From positions 1 through 64,000 of the IMG/VR virus record IMGVR_UViG_3300032314_000513: a stretch of 64,000 nt of DNA; one strand, written 5' to 3'. Positions 1-9,527 of the stretch are shown in pieces. Origin of the DNA: a virus. Lineage: Duplodnaviria > Caudoviricetes. The translations under genes were made by a program, and so were the position numbers. The notes under the pieces were generated by a model. The model ran no database searches. It saw only the letters and a program-made list of their open reading frames with translations, and was not told the origin of the DNA. Positions within the stretch are counted from its first letter, which is position 1, and each line of letters opens with the position of its first letter.

Positions 1-827
1 TGATTTGAGGTATGGATATGGTTTTGGGGTTTGGAGGGAAATTTGAGGGGGTTCTGTGAGAATATGAGGGGTTTTTACACAGTTTGGATTGCGAGATAAG
101 TGTAGAGGGCGACTGTAAATCATAAATGAGCCGATTGTCAATCATTTACGGCTCAAAGTTGCTTTATTAGGTAACTTTTATGATTGATAAATGTGTTAAA
201 TTGACACATATTATTATAACATAAGTCATAAATGTTTTATTTTGACTTATATATAACTAGATATATTATCGTATAAATAAAGATATGTACGGATATTTTT
301 TTATATATAAGTTTACTATTAGCGAACTTTTGTAACCAAATTGGGAACATTGTTAGGGTGCAATATGTAAAATATTGATACAGAATTAGGGTATATATGT
401 CACAGATTTTCAAATAATTGTGACAAAATTTGTTAATTGTTGGTAGTCATACTACGCAAGTGTTCACATTTTTAAACCTTTCACGGATTCGTGAACATCA
501 CAAACTGTGTAACATTTATACACTTATTCATACGATAATGTGTCATAAAAGGAACATATAGATATTGTTATGTTACTTTTAAGGGATAAAGTAAAGCTAG
601 TACTTGACCCGACCCCCTATTGTGGTAAAGTTATAACTTGACAAAAAAAGGCCCCCTATGAGAGACAAAGGGGGCGATACACTTTAAATTTGGGCCTTCA
701 ATAAGTCATATAGTAATATGACCCTGTAAAAATAAGTAAAAAAAATTATAAAAAAAATTTGGTGGGTAATAAATTTTGATTACTTTTATATCGTAAAACA
801 AAATCATAAAAATTAAAAACCATTAAA
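1..827. other. Non-coding region rich in inverted repeats (candidate origin, terminus or early control region)
   Basis: No ORF of 60 aa or more in the track. Inverted repeats ATAAGTCA..TGACTTAT (~221-250) and TGTCACA..TGTGACA (~398-425). G-rich first 110 nt. Lies upstream of the early/replication genes. Confidence 0.4.
643..675 (-). terminator. Intrinsic terminator-like hairpin for minus-strand transcripts
   Basis: GCCCCCT(651-657) pairs with AGGGGGC(669-675), preceded by an A-tract that is a U-tract on the minus strand. Confidence 0.5.
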
Positions 828-1061
828 ATGAAAAGAGAAATTACTATTAAACAACTTGTCGATTACTTGGACAAGAAAAGCTCCGAGATTGAAGGAGAGT
901 CTATCTTAGCACAGATGGACAGAATAGAATCTACAATGAATATTACTACAACAGAAATCTTGAACAAGATGTATGAAATGGGTTTCAAGAGAGGGAAGAT
1001 TATTGGCAAGAGAGATTCTTTAATTGAACTAGCCACTTTTCTTAAAATGGATGAAAAATAA
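828..1061 (+). CDS. Hypothetical early protein
   Basis: 77-aa ORF with A-rich leader aaaaaccattaaaATG. Confidence 0.7.
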   Translation: MKREITIKQLVDYLDKKSSEIEGESILAQMDRIESTMNITTTEILNKMYEMGFKRGKIIGKRDSLIELATFLKMDEK

Positions 1062-1101
1062 AAATACTTAATATTAATTACATTAATTAAAATAAATTAC
1101 C

Positions 1102-1389
1102 ATGACGAATATTGAATTTAAAAACGCAGTAAGAGAGTTTCAAAGTAAATTTAAACAATTAGAAAACTCTGTTATTATTATTGAAAACAATGGAGATGTA
1201 CATGCTTCTATGCAGGGAAATATTATTGGGACTATAAACGCATTAATTGATGCGGCCCATAATGATGAGATACAATTTTCCATATTACTTACAGTTGGGG
1301 AAGCATTGAGAGCATCCCTTTCTCCGAAAGATATTAGTGCATTAACTAGGGTGCATCTAAAAAATGAATTAGAAAAAAATATTAATTAA
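1102..1389 (+). CDS. Hypothetical protein
   Basis: 95-aa ORF preceded by the recurrent AAATAAATTACC-ATG leader. Confidence 0.7.
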   Translation: MTNIEFKNAVREFQSKFKQLENSVIIIENNGDVHASMQGNIIGTINALIDAAHNDEIQFSILLTVGEALRASLSPKDISALTRVHLKNELEKNIN

Positions 1390-1445
1390 ATTTGATTATA
1401 TTAATTAATATTAATTATCTTTACATAAACAAAAAAACCATAAAA

Positions 1446-1745
1446 ATGAAAAACACCTACACAGTAAGAATCCAAAAATTATCTAAGTTTCATGGAGAAA
1501 CTAACAAAGCTTTTGTACATGGAGAAATCCACGAAGAAGTATATGAATATGAATATGAAGATTATGGGGATGCGTTAACCGAGTATAAAAAAAAGTGTTT
1601 AGAATGTACTGAACAAGTATCAATGGGTATTGTCTTTAATCATTGTTACACAATACAATTACTAAATCATGAAGGTACTAATCCTATTAGTGGGTTTAGA
1701 GAAAGAAGAAGAATTGAATTTCAAATAACTATTTCAAGCTTATAA
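1446..1745 (+). CDS. Hypothetical protein
   Basis: The track starts it at 1392. The in-frame ATG at 1446 has the typical aaaaaaccataaaaATG leader, so it is preferred. Confidence 0.65.
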   Translation: MKNTYTVRIQKLSKFHGETNKAFVHGEIHEEVYEYEYEDYGDALTEYKKKCLECTEQVSMGIVFNHCYTIQLLNHEGTNPISGFRERRRIEFQITISSL

Positions 1746-1755
1746 AAACCATCAA

Positions 1756-2160
1756 ATGAAACAAACCATCAAAGGAATCTTAATAGATTCAGAAAAAAGA
1801 GAAATTAGAGAAGTAGAACTTATCCAAGAAAATGGAAGTACACTCCAAAGTATCTACAAAGAATTAAAATGCGATTGCATCACTTCTGCATGTAGCGAAA
1901 TATTTAGACATGTAGACCACGCCCTTTTCGTTGATGACGAAGGTTTATTGAAAACGCACCCATTAGGTGCTTTCTGTGTTACTCTTAACCCAAGACCATA
2001 CACTAGTCAAACTTTAAGTGGTAATGGTATATTAGTTGGGATTGATGGAGAAGGGGAAACCATATCCCACAATTTAGATATTGAAATGATTAAGAATATA
2101 ATAGTATGGGAGGATATTTCAAACCTTCCTCAGCCTTCTTTTGAATTTCAATCCTTTTAA
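1756..2160 (+). CDS. DUF3846-like phage protein
   Basis: Motifs LQSIYKEL.CDCI, LFVDDEGLLK and LSGNGILVG.D.EGET resemble DUF3846. Confidence 0.6.
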   Translation: MKQTIKGILIDSEKREIREVELIQENGSTLQSIYKELKCDCITSACSEIFRHVDHALFVDDEGLLKTHPLGAFCVTLNPRPYTSQTLSGNGILVGIDGEGETISHNLDIEMIKNIIVWEDISNLPQPSFEFQSF

Positions 2161-2194
2161 TTAAAATAAATTACCATAATCAAAATTAATTACC

Positions 2195-2401
2195 ATGAAC
2201 AGAACTGAAATTAACTCCTTTCAAATACAGGAGATAGAAATTGAAACTTTAAGAGAACAACTTAAAAAAGAGCAGGATAAAAGAAAGCTATTGGAAAAGG
2301 CTTTTATATTCCTGCAAGGGGAAATAGTTGGGAAACAAATAAACACCCAACATCCAAACTTCCCCTATTATACCGAATACATTCAATCACAAAATAAATA
2401 A
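2195..2401 (+). CDS. Hypothetical coiled-coil protein
   Basis: 68-aa ORF with the conserved 21-nt leader. Confidence 0.65.
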   Translation: MNRTEINSFQIQEIEIETLREQLKKEQDKRKLLEKAFIFLQGEIVGKQINTQHPNFPYYTEYIQSQNK

Positions 2402-2403
2402 CC

Positions 2404-2628
2404 ATGAAAAAAGAATCCAAATATATACGAAGTAAATTGGGGGTCATCCTAGATGAAAGGAATCTTACACTAAAAGACTTTGCCGCTATGGTTTATGAGA
2501 AGACAGGGTACTTTATAGCTGTTACAAACCTATCCAACTATTGCACAGGTTTTAAGCCATTAAAGAAAATTGAGATAGCCAAAATATTCTCAGATACATT
2601 AGAAATACCCATAACAGATATACTTTGA
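2404..2628 (+). CDS. XRE/Cro-like helix-turn-helix regulator
   Basis: LGVILDERNLTLKDFA...LSNYCTG....KIEIAKIFSDTLEIPITDIL. Confidence 0.7.
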   Translation: MKKESKYIRSKLGVILDERNLTLKDFAAMVYEKTGYFIAVTNLSNYCTGFKPLKKIEIAKIFSDTLEIPITDIL

Positions 2629-2957
2629 GTAATAATATCATAATTTTTAGAGCCATAAATTATCTTAATCAAATTACAGGTAAGAACTATAATCAAAATT
2701 CATTTGCTAATAATACAGAAATGTGTAAGCTAATTGAACAAGGTTATGATTATCAAGATTTTAAAAGAGTAATAGATAATAAATGGAAACAATGGAAGGG
2801 AACTGCTTACGAACAATATGTTAGGCCTTCCACATTATTTGGTAATAAATTTGAAAACTATGTCAATGAACAATCAACTAGCGAAAGCAAACTTGCAAAA
2901 CTCAATAAGTCAGTACAAAGAGCAAAATCTGCTAATTGGAGATTGGATAAAAAATGA
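2625..2957 (+). CDS. Replication-initiator C-terminal-like protein (Phg_2220_C type)
   Basis: INYLNQITGKNY...GY...DFKRVIDNKWKQWKGT..EQYVRPSTLFGNKFENYVNE. TTG start overlaps the upstream TGA. Confidence 0.75.
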   Translation: MSNNIIIFRAINYLNQITGKNYNQNSFANNTEMCKLIEQGYDYQDFKRVIDNKWKQWKGTAYEQYVRPSTLFGNKFENYVNEQSTSESKLAKLNKSVQRAKSANWRLDKK

Positions 2958-3714
2958 GGCTGACCTCATGGTTGTACAAACCTTTTCGGAAAAAAGAATA
3001 GGCGATTTTGATAAAGATGATATGAAAGGCCTAGTTGAGATTATGGGTAAATGGAGATTTCTTTTAGGAGTACAATCCGAATCTAGCGATGCCGAACTTG
3101 TTTACATCTGTCAGTTTATATATGATGAGTTTAAAAAGTTCACACTATCTGATATTAGACTAGCTATGAATTGGGCCATATCAGGTAAAACCGATATGAC
3201 CTTTGTTAGCCAAAAATCCCTATCTGCTGCTTATGTCAGTAAAGCTATTCAGGCCTATGAAGATGAGAAAAGGTCTATTGTAAAGCGTATAGCCTATGAT
3301 AAGGAAGCCTATGAGAGAAATAAGCATGTCAATGAACCTTTAAATATAAGCCCTGAAGAACAGGCCAATACCTTCCTTTCTATACTTGTAGATGCTTATA
3401 ACGAATATAAAGAAAAAGGTAGCTTTTACGATTTAGGGGATTTCATATATAATTGGGTAAAGAAGCATAAGATAGTTACACCTACAAAACAGGTTATCAG
3501 CGATGCTATGATATTTGGAGAGACTCGTTTAAGAGAGTATAAATCTGAACAGAAGCATGATGCAGGAATGAGAAGAATAAAGATAATGGACTCAGGTAAC
3601 GATGAATCTCACAAAAAGAAATTTGCTAGAGAATACATTTTAAGGAAGTTTTTTGATAAGGTTGAATTTGAGCATTTAGTCAATTTAGTTAAAGTAGAAC
3701 AATTTAAAAAGTAA
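2860..3714 (+). CDS. Putative replication-associated protein (helicase-loader position)
   Basis: Long helical ORF directly after the initiator-like gene. Start is uncertain (2818, 2860, 2866 or 2968). Confidence 0.4.
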   Translation: MSMNNQLAKANLQNSISQYKEQNLLIGDWIKNEADLMVVQTFSEKRIGDFDKDDMKGLVEIMGKWRFLLGVQSESSDAELVYICQFIYDEFKKFTLSDIRLAMNWAISGKTDMTFVSQKSLSAAYVSKAIQAYEDEKRSIVKRIAYDKEAYERNKHVNEPLNISPEEQANTFLSILVDAYNEYKEKGSFYDLGDFIYNWVKKHKIVTPTKQVISDAMIFGETRLREYKSEQKHDAGMRRIKIMDSGNDESHKKKFAREYILRKFFDKVEFEHLVNLVKVEQFKK

Positions 3715-4497
3715 TCAATTTTAATTACCATGCTAGAGTTAAATAAAATATATAACGAAGATTGTCTTATTACTATGAGTAAGATAGAAGATAATTCTAT
3801 TGATTTAATAATAACATCTCCTCCGTATAATAAAGGATATTGGAGTAGTAATAGGAATATGAATAATGGTTTTAAAACTAAGTCAAGAAGAATTGATTAT
3901 GGAGACTATAATGACTCATTATCCCCAATAGATTATGAAAACAATCAAATAAAAGTGATATCTGAATGTTTAAGAATTTTAAAGCCAAATGGAAGCCTAT
4001 TTTACAATCACATCGATATTCTAAATAAGCATCAGACAATTCACCCAAAATGGGTTTATAATTTTCCTTTAAAACAAATAATAATTTGGAATAGAAAAAA
4101 CACCCCCAAATTGGATAAGTCTTATTTTTTTCCAATTAATGAATATATATTTTGGATTCAGAAAGATAAAAAGTCAAGAGCATATTTTGATAGGCATAAC
4201 TCAATTATGAATAAGTCTATATGGGATATAAGCCCTGATAATAAAAATAAATTTGCTGCACCATTTCCCAAACAATTACCTATGAACTGCATTTTGTCTT
4301 GTAGTAAAGAAAATGACATTATCTATGACCCTTATAGTGGTAGTGGTACTACCTGCTTAGTGGCAAAGGAATTAAATAGAAATTTTATTGGTAGTGAATT
4401 AAGCAAAGAACACTCTGACAGCTCTATATTTAAAATAGACCAATTTAAAAAGTAATCAAAATTAATTATCATGGACTTAAATAAAATATATAACGAA
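3700..4497 (+). repeat. ~60-bp direct repeats (3700-3759 and 4441-4497) flanking the first MTase gene
   Basis: caatttaaaaagtaatcaa(t/a)(t/a)ttaatta(c/t)catg...ttaaataaaatatataacgaa occurs twice. Both upstream ORFs end QFKK*. Confidence 0.85.
3730..4455 (+). CDS. DNA amino-methyltransferase, beta class (SPPY, probably N4-C)
   Basis: Catalytic DLIITSPPYN lies N-terminal to the SAM-binding motif DPYSGSGTT. Confidence 0.9.
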   Translation: MLELNKIYNEDCLITMSKIEDNSIDLIITSPPYNKGYWSSNRNMNNGFKTKSRRIDYGDYNDSLSPIDYENNQIKVISECLRILKPNGSLFYNHIDILNKHQTIHPKWVYNFPLKQIIIWNRKNTPKLDKSYFFPINEYIFWIQKDKKSRAYFDRHNSIMNKSIWDISPDNKNKFAAPFPKQLPMNCILSCSKENDIIYDPYSGSGTTCLVAKELNRNFIGSELSKEHSDSSIFKIDQFKK

Positions 4498-5844
4498 CCT
4501 TGTTTAGAAACATTAAAAAAAATGCCAAATGATTTTTTGGATTGTGTAATAAGCTCCCCTCCATATTGGCAATTAAGGGATTATGGGTATGATGGCCAAT
4601 GGGGATTAGAACCAACATTTAATGAATATCTTGAACACTTATGGGAAATGATGGATGAGATTTATAGAGTTTTAAAGCCAACAGGAACTTGTTGGATTAA
4701 TTTAGGAGATACTTATGGCGGAAATAGAAAGGGAAACGATGATAAAAAAACAAATGATAATGTTGGTGTAAATATTAATAAAAGTGATGGAATTAGCAAA
4801 TGTTTATTACTTATACCTCACAGGTTTGCAATAGGCTGTATTGATAGAGGATGGATAGTAAGGAATGATATAATATGGGCTAAAAGAAATGGGATGCCTG
4901 AAAGCGTTACAGATAGATTTAGTAAGAAACACGAATATTTCTTTTTTATGGTTAAATCTGAAAAGTATTATTTTGATTTAGACTCAATTCGTCAAAAATC
5001 TCAACCGCTTAATAGGTGGGGAGGAAATAAACTTGTAGCAAAAGGAAAATCAGAATGGGATGAAGGTACAGGACAAAGTTCATATAGAACTAGAGATTTA
5101 CAACCTAATAATGGAATGAAAAATCCCGGAACTGTTTCTGACTTTTGGGATATACCAACTAAACCATCTTCAAATGAACATTATGCAGCATATAATGACA
5201 AGTTATTAGAAAAGCCATTATTGAGTGGATGTCCTGAATTTGTTTGTAATAAATGTGGTAAACCAAGAGAAAAGATATTTGAGTATGAAGAGCAAATAGT
5301 TAGTGAAAAGGATTTTTCTGAGAAATACAAAGATTCAGGGGTCAACTCTGCAGGAGGAAGAGGTACATACATAACTGAAAAGCTGAAAGGAACACCTGAT
5401 AAAATAAAGATTGCAGAATACTTAAAATCTAATAAAGGTAAAAATACAAGTCAAATGCTAGATACTATTTTTGGTTATAAAGATACTGCTGCTCATTGGT
5501 TTAGGACTGATGTAGGTTTTTCTTTTCCTAATCCTACAGATTGGCTGAAGCTAAAAGAAATATTAGGTTTTGATGATACCTACGATAAAATTATGACCGA
5601 AACAGTTAAAGTAATAGTAGATGACAAAGGTTTCAAAGGAAAAATAAAAGGATTATCTGATTGTGGTTGTAATGCAGGATTTAAAAGTGGTATTATTTAT
5701 GACCCATTCATGGGTACAGGAAGTACAGCAGAAGTATGTTTAAGAACTAATAGAAATTATATAGGAAGTGAAATGAGTTCAAAATATTGTGATATAGCAG
5801 AAAAAAGATTAAATCCATTTAAACAACAAACAACATTATTCTAA
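4471..5844 (+). CDS. DNA amino-methyltransferase, beta class, with Cys cluster and inserted domain
   Basis: DCVISSPPYW and DPFMGTGST. CPEFVCNKC...DCGC brackets an insert of about 110 aa. Confidence 0.9.
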   Translation: MDLNKIYNEPCLETLKKMPNDFLDCVISSPPYWQLRDYGYDGQWGLEPTFNEYLEHLWEMMDEIYRVLKPTGTCWINLGDTYGGNRKGNDDKKTNDNVGVNINKSDGISKCLLLIPHRFAIGCIDRGWIVRNDIIWAKRNGMPESVTDRFSKKHEYFFFMVKSEKYYFDLDSIRQKSQPLNRWGGNKLVAKGKSEWDEGTGQSSYRTRDLQPNNGMKNPGTVSDFWDIPTKPSSNEHYAAYNDKLLEKPLLSGCPEFVCNKCGKPREKIFEYEEQIVSEKDFSEKYKDSGVNSAGGRGTYITEKLKGTPDKIKIAEYLKSNKGKNTSQMLDTIFGYKDTAAHWFRTDVGFSFPNPTDWLKLKEILGFDDTYDKIMTETVKVIVDDKGFKGKIKGLSDCGCNAGFKSGIIYDPFMGTGSTAEVCLRTNRNYIGSEMSSKYCDIAEKRLNPFKQQTTLF

Positions 5845-5866
5845 AAAGTAATCAAAATTAATTACC

Positions 5867-6142
5867 ATGAAAGAACAGCATTTAGGAAGTGGGAATAATA
5901 CAACCTATGAAACCGCAAAGCTATATACTATTAATAATACCGTAGCAGTTAAAGACAAAGATGATTGGATAGACCTGAATGTAAAAATTCAAGTAGACCT
6001 AAGTCAGGTGGATGAGAAATATCACGAAATATTTGTAAATATGCTAACAAGCAAGTATTTAGATGTAGCTTCTTTTGGAGATAATCCCTTTAGCTTATGC
6101 GAACCTGTAAATAAGAAACAATGGTGGCAATTTTGGAAGTAA
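5867..6142 (+). CDS. Hypothetical protein
   Basis: 91-aa ORF ending KKQWWQFWK, with the conserved leader. Confidence 0.65.
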   Translation: MKEQHLGSGNNTTYETAKLYTINNTVAVKDKDDWIDLNVKIQVDLSQVDEKYHEIFVNMLTSKYLDVASFGDNPFSLCEPVNKKQWWQFWK

Positions 6143-6174
6143 TCAAAATCAATTAATAATTTAAAAATAAAAAC

Positions 6175-6396
6175 ATGGAAAAAAACTTCAATTTCAACAA
6201 CGGAGAAACCGTTACAATCAAAATGGACTTCAATGCCGAAAACAATACCTTTCTTACACAAATGGTATTTATAGGCCTAGACCAAGAAAAAAAACAAGCA
6301 ACCGTATCATTTCAAAGTAAAGCAGAAAGAGATATTATGTTTGAAAACTATGGTATGGAGAGTGCGGAAGGTTTTGCTAATTTTATCAGAGGGTAA
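6175..6396 (+). CDS. Hypothetical protein
   Basis: 73-aa ORF with an A-rich leader. Confidence 0.65.
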   Translation: MEKNFNFNNGETVTIKMDFNAENNTFLTQMVFIGLDQEKKQATVSFQSKAERDIMFENYGMESAEGFANFIRG

Positions 6397-6427
6397 TCAA
6401 AATTAATTAATCATAAAAACCTAAACT

Positions 6428-6802
6428 ATGAAAAAAAAGTACGCACTATTTATTGGTAGATGGCAAAATTGGCACAAAGGCCACGAATGGCTAATCCGTC
6501 AACAATACGACCAAGGTAAAAATGTATGGTTGGCTATCAGAGATGTAGAAGTAGATGAGAATAATCCCAAATCTGCTGAACAGATATATACTGAGCTTGT
6601 TAATGAGCTATTTGTAATGATAGGTTCAGGTAGGCTTATGATTTCGGTTATCCCTGATATTGAAAGCGTTAACTATGGAAGAGGAGTTGGCTACGATGTA
6701 ATCTATCACGAACCACCTATCGAGGTTGGTAAAATAAGTGGAACTAAAATTAGAAAAGGTCAAATTAATCCTGATGGTACAAGCAAAGAGGCACATATTT
6801 AA
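6428..6802 (+). CDS. HxGH-family (cytidylyltransferase-like) nucleotidyltransferase
   Basis: ALFIGRWQNWHKGH near the N-terminus and ISGTKIR at the C-terminus. Confidence 0.8.
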   Translation: MKKKYALFIGRWQNWHKGHEWLIRQQYDQGKNVWLAIRDVEVDENNPKSAEQIYTELVNELFVMIGSGRLMISVIPDIESVNYGRGVGYDVIYHEPPIEVGKISGTKIRKGQINPDGTSKEAHI

Positions 6803-6980
6803 AGCGATTACCTACCGATTAGTAGGTACTACGCAAACAGCCATTATTGGTTACATCTTTACAGGTAGCTTTATTATTGCCTCATCAATGGGTGCTGTAG
6901 AGCTTTGCATAAAACCATTAATTTACTTCTTACATGAAAGAGTTTGGTATAAATATATTAAATTTGGTTTAAAGAAATAA
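6774..6980 (+). CDS. DUF2061-like membrane protein
   Basis: KRHIFKAITYRLVGT...KPLIYFLHERVW. ATG 6774 is preferred over GTG 6738. Confidence 0.75.
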   Translation: MVQAKRHIFKAITYRLVGTTQTAIIGYIFTGSFIIASSMGAVELCIKPLIYFLHERVWYKYIKFGLKK

Positions 6981-6981
6981 T

Positions 6982-7074
6982 ATGGAAAACTTCTTATACA
7001 TTGCCTTTATCATTTTATCTTGGGAAATACTCAAGGAATTTTTTTATTGGCTATTTAAAAAACTAGATAACTAA
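6982..7074 (+). CDS. 30-aa hydrophobic peptide (not in track)
   Basis: MENFLYIAFIILSWEILKEFFYWLFKKLDN*. Fills the gap between flanking genes. Confidence 0.5.
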   Translation: MENFLYIAFIILSWEILKEFFYWLFKKLDN

Positions 7075-7078
7075 ATTT

Positions 7079-7561
7079 ATGCAAACCAAAGAAGAGCTAG
7101 AACAATGGTATGATAATAACGACCCATGGGGATATGAAACTAATAAAGAAGATACTATGCGTTTGAAAAAGCTTTTATCTCTATTAGATAAGAAATATCA
7201 TAAAGCATTAGATATTGGAGCAGGAGAAGGATTCGTAGCTAAACACCTTCCTGCCGATATGATTTCAGGCATTGAGCTATCTGATACCGCAAAAGCTAGG
7301 TTTCCTGCAAATGTAGTTCCTGTCAAAGAACCAATAGGTAAATATGACCTTGTAATAAGTACAGGTACTTTATACGAACAATATGACCATAAATCTATTT
7401 ATGATATGATTATGGAATCAGCCTCCCATCATATCCTAATTGGAGGTATTAAGGATTGGTTGGTTAATTATAACTTTGGTAAACAAATAAAGACTATAGA
7501 GTTCCCTTATCGTGAATTTACTCAAAAAATGACCATCTATGAAGTTAGTCCTAGCTCATAA
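7079..7561 (+). CDS. Class I SAM methyltransferase, NodS-like
   Basis: WY..NDPWGYET and ALDIGAGEG. Confidence 0.7.
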   Translation: MQTKEELEQWYDNNDPWGYETNKEDTMRLKKLLSLLDKKYHKALDIGAGEGFVAKHLPADMISGIELSDTAKARFPANVVPVKEPIGKYDLVISTGTLYEQYDHKSIYDMIMESASHHILIGGIKDWLVNYNFGKQIKTIEFPYREFTQKMTIYEVSPSS

Positions 7562-8060
7562 TATAGGAGATATAAACCACGAGAACTATTCTACAAGGTC
7601 AATGATTTATAATTGTCCATATCCAATAGGGTTTGATGGAGTATATAAAAGCGTTTATGATAACCAAGATGTCCTAGAAGGTAAATCAGGAATATTCTTT
7701 GTTATGGGAGATTATGTAGGTAAGGATAATTCATTTGAATATCCAAACGAAGTTCCTGTTCTTGAACAGTACTGTACTTGGGAGCAAATACAAGAAATGT
7801 GTGATAAGTATGATTTTAAGATGGGTTGGCATACTTGGAGTCATCCTGACCTCACTCAAATATCTAGGCATGAGATGGTCAAAGAAATAACCCCTCCATT
7901 TCCCATGGATTATTTTGCTTATCCTTATGGTAGGTATAATAAGGTTGTCCTAGACTGTGTTCAACAAGCAGGATTTAAAAAAGCTTGGAGTGTAACACAA
8001 GGAAGTCAAGATATAAATGAACCTGATTTTATATTTAAACAATATAGACCATACCTATGA
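7539..8060 (+). CDS. Polysaccharide deacetylase (NodB/CE4-like)
   Basis: GFDGVY, MGWHTWSHPDLT and FAYPYGRYN. Confidence 0.8.
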   Translation: MKLVLAHNIGDINHENYSTRSMIYNCPYPIGFDGVYKSVYDNQDVLEGKSGIFFVMGDYVGKDNSFEYPNEVPVLEQYCTWEQIQEMCDKYDFKMGWHTWSHPDLTQISRHEMVKEITPPFPMDYFAYPYGRYNKVVLDCVQQAGFKKAWSVTQGSQDINEPDFIFKQYRPYL

Positions 8061-8677
8061 CATACTCCCTAGTAATAGCTTCTTATGGATATGGACACTT
8101 AGCGGCACATTCTATTGAAACAGCTCTTTCTCAATCTAAGGCTTTTGATAAGATAATTTTTGTAGATGATGCTGCAGGAGATTGTACTCATTTGCAAAAG
8201 TTGTACCCACAGGTGGAATTTATACTAAGAGAAAAGAATTTGGGTATTGTAGCCAACTTTCAAGATATGCTTAATAGGGTTGAAACAGACTATGTTATGT
8301 TTTTGGGAGCTGATAATTGGCTTAGGTCTGATACACTTGAAAAGCTAAGTGAGTTTAATACAGATATAATAACTTACAATATAATTGTAACAGGACAGCT
8401 TAAAGATGAAATAACTAAATTATACCCAAATACTACGCATGACTTTTTTGGAGAAATAAGATGGGTAAGAAAAGACCAACATCATGGCTCAATGCTGTAT
8501 AAGGTTAAAAAGGCAAAAGAAGTAGGTGGATATGAAAAGCACAGGCTTGACGGAGAAAGAACAGATGAAGATAATGCTCTTTGGGATAAAATGCTAAGAG
8601 CAGGAGCAACAGTACAATATGTAAATCAAGAACTTTTATATTATAGAAGGCACAAACAAAATTTTAATAAATACTAA
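8057..8677 (+). CDS. Glycosyltransferase family 2
   Basis: SLVIASY, IIFVDDAAGD, NLGIVANF, VMFLGADNW and EDNALW. Confidence 0.85.
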   Translation: MTYSLVIASYGYGHLAAHSIETALSQSKAFDKIIFVDDAAGDCTHLQKLYPQVEFILREKNLGIVANFQDMLNRVETDYVMFLGADNWLRSDTLEKLSEFNTDIITYNIIVTGQLKDEITKLYPNTTHDFFGEIRWVRKDQHHGSMLYKVKKAKEVGGYEKHRLDGERTDEDNALWDKMLRAGATVQYVNQELLYYRRHKQNFNKY

Positions 8678-8679
8678 CT

Positions 8680-9312
8680 ATGCAAGATTTATGTATTCTC
8701 ATCCCTACCATCAATAGGAAAGACCTCCTGATGAAAGCATTGGAAAGCTACACCGAACTAATGCCTGAAGTAACAAAACTGATATTGGACAACGGTAATC
8801 AGGACATTCCCTGCAACGATGACAATACATGGATTTGGCAGTCAACTCAGAATTTGGGAGTAGCTGCATCTTGGAACTATCTGATTGGCAAAGCAATAGT
8901 AAACGACTTCAAATACTTCCTTATTCTAAATGATGATGTTATACTTCAAAAGGATGAAGCACAGATTAGGCAGATTTTATCAAAAGGAAATCCTGAGCAT
9001 TTTTACCTATGCCGACCATTTTACAATTGGTCAAGCTTTATACTGTCTAAAAAGGTTTACGAAAAGGTAGGTCCATTTGATGAAAACTTTAAAAAGGCCT
9101 ATTTTGAAGATAATGACTATATGTACAGAATGAGACTTGGAGGGGTGTCAATTAAGTATGTAGATGAACTAAACCCCGATATATACCTAAATTCACAAAC
9201 TTTAGAAAAAGACCCTACCCTGAGTGGATATGTTGAGAATAGAGAATACTTCCTGCAAAAGTGGGGAGGCCTACCTGAAAGCGAAACATTCAAAACTCCT
9301 TTTAACAAATAG
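8680..9312 (+). CDS. Glycosyltransferase family 2
   Basis: ILIPTINR, NLGVAASWN, LILNDDV and VGPFDENF..AYFEDNDY. Confidence 0.85.
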   Translation: MQDLCILIPTINRKDLLMKALESYTELMPEVTKLILDNGNQDIPCNDDNTWIWQSTQNLGVAASWNYLIGKAIVNDFKYFLILNDDVILQKDEAQIRQILSKGNPEHFYLCRPFYNWSSFILSKKVYEKVGPFDENFKKAYFEDNDYMYRMRLGGVSIKYVDELNPDIYLNSQTLEKDPTLSGYVENREYFLQKWGGLPESETFKTPFNK

Positions 9313-9314
9313 GT

Positions 9315-9527
9315 ATGACAAAAAGCAAAAAACTTAAATTTTATACCTGTAATTTTTTTCACGATGTAAAAAGGAAAATACTATGTATTGATATTTTTGT
9401 TGGCAATAAACTAATCCATAAAGCTCAAATGAATAATATAAATAAATACATTTCAAATGATATTATTAGTAAATTTGACGATGAAATGGCCAAAGAGATT
9501 AAATCACTAGAATTAGAAATATTATGA
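9315..9527 (+). CDS. Hypothetical protein
   Basis: 70-aa ORF in operon spacing. Confidence 0.5.
   Translation: MTKSKKLKFYTCNFFHDVKRKILCIDIFVGNKLIHKAQMNNINKYISNDIISKFDDEMAKEIKSLELEIL

Noticed and set aside
5230-5670. Intein in the MTase
   Set aside because: It lacks the C/S start and HN-C/S/T end motifs.
7079-9312. Literal Nod-factor synthesis
   Set aside because: There is no NodA acyltransferase, and the GT2s are short and soluble, unlike the processive membrane enzyme NodC.
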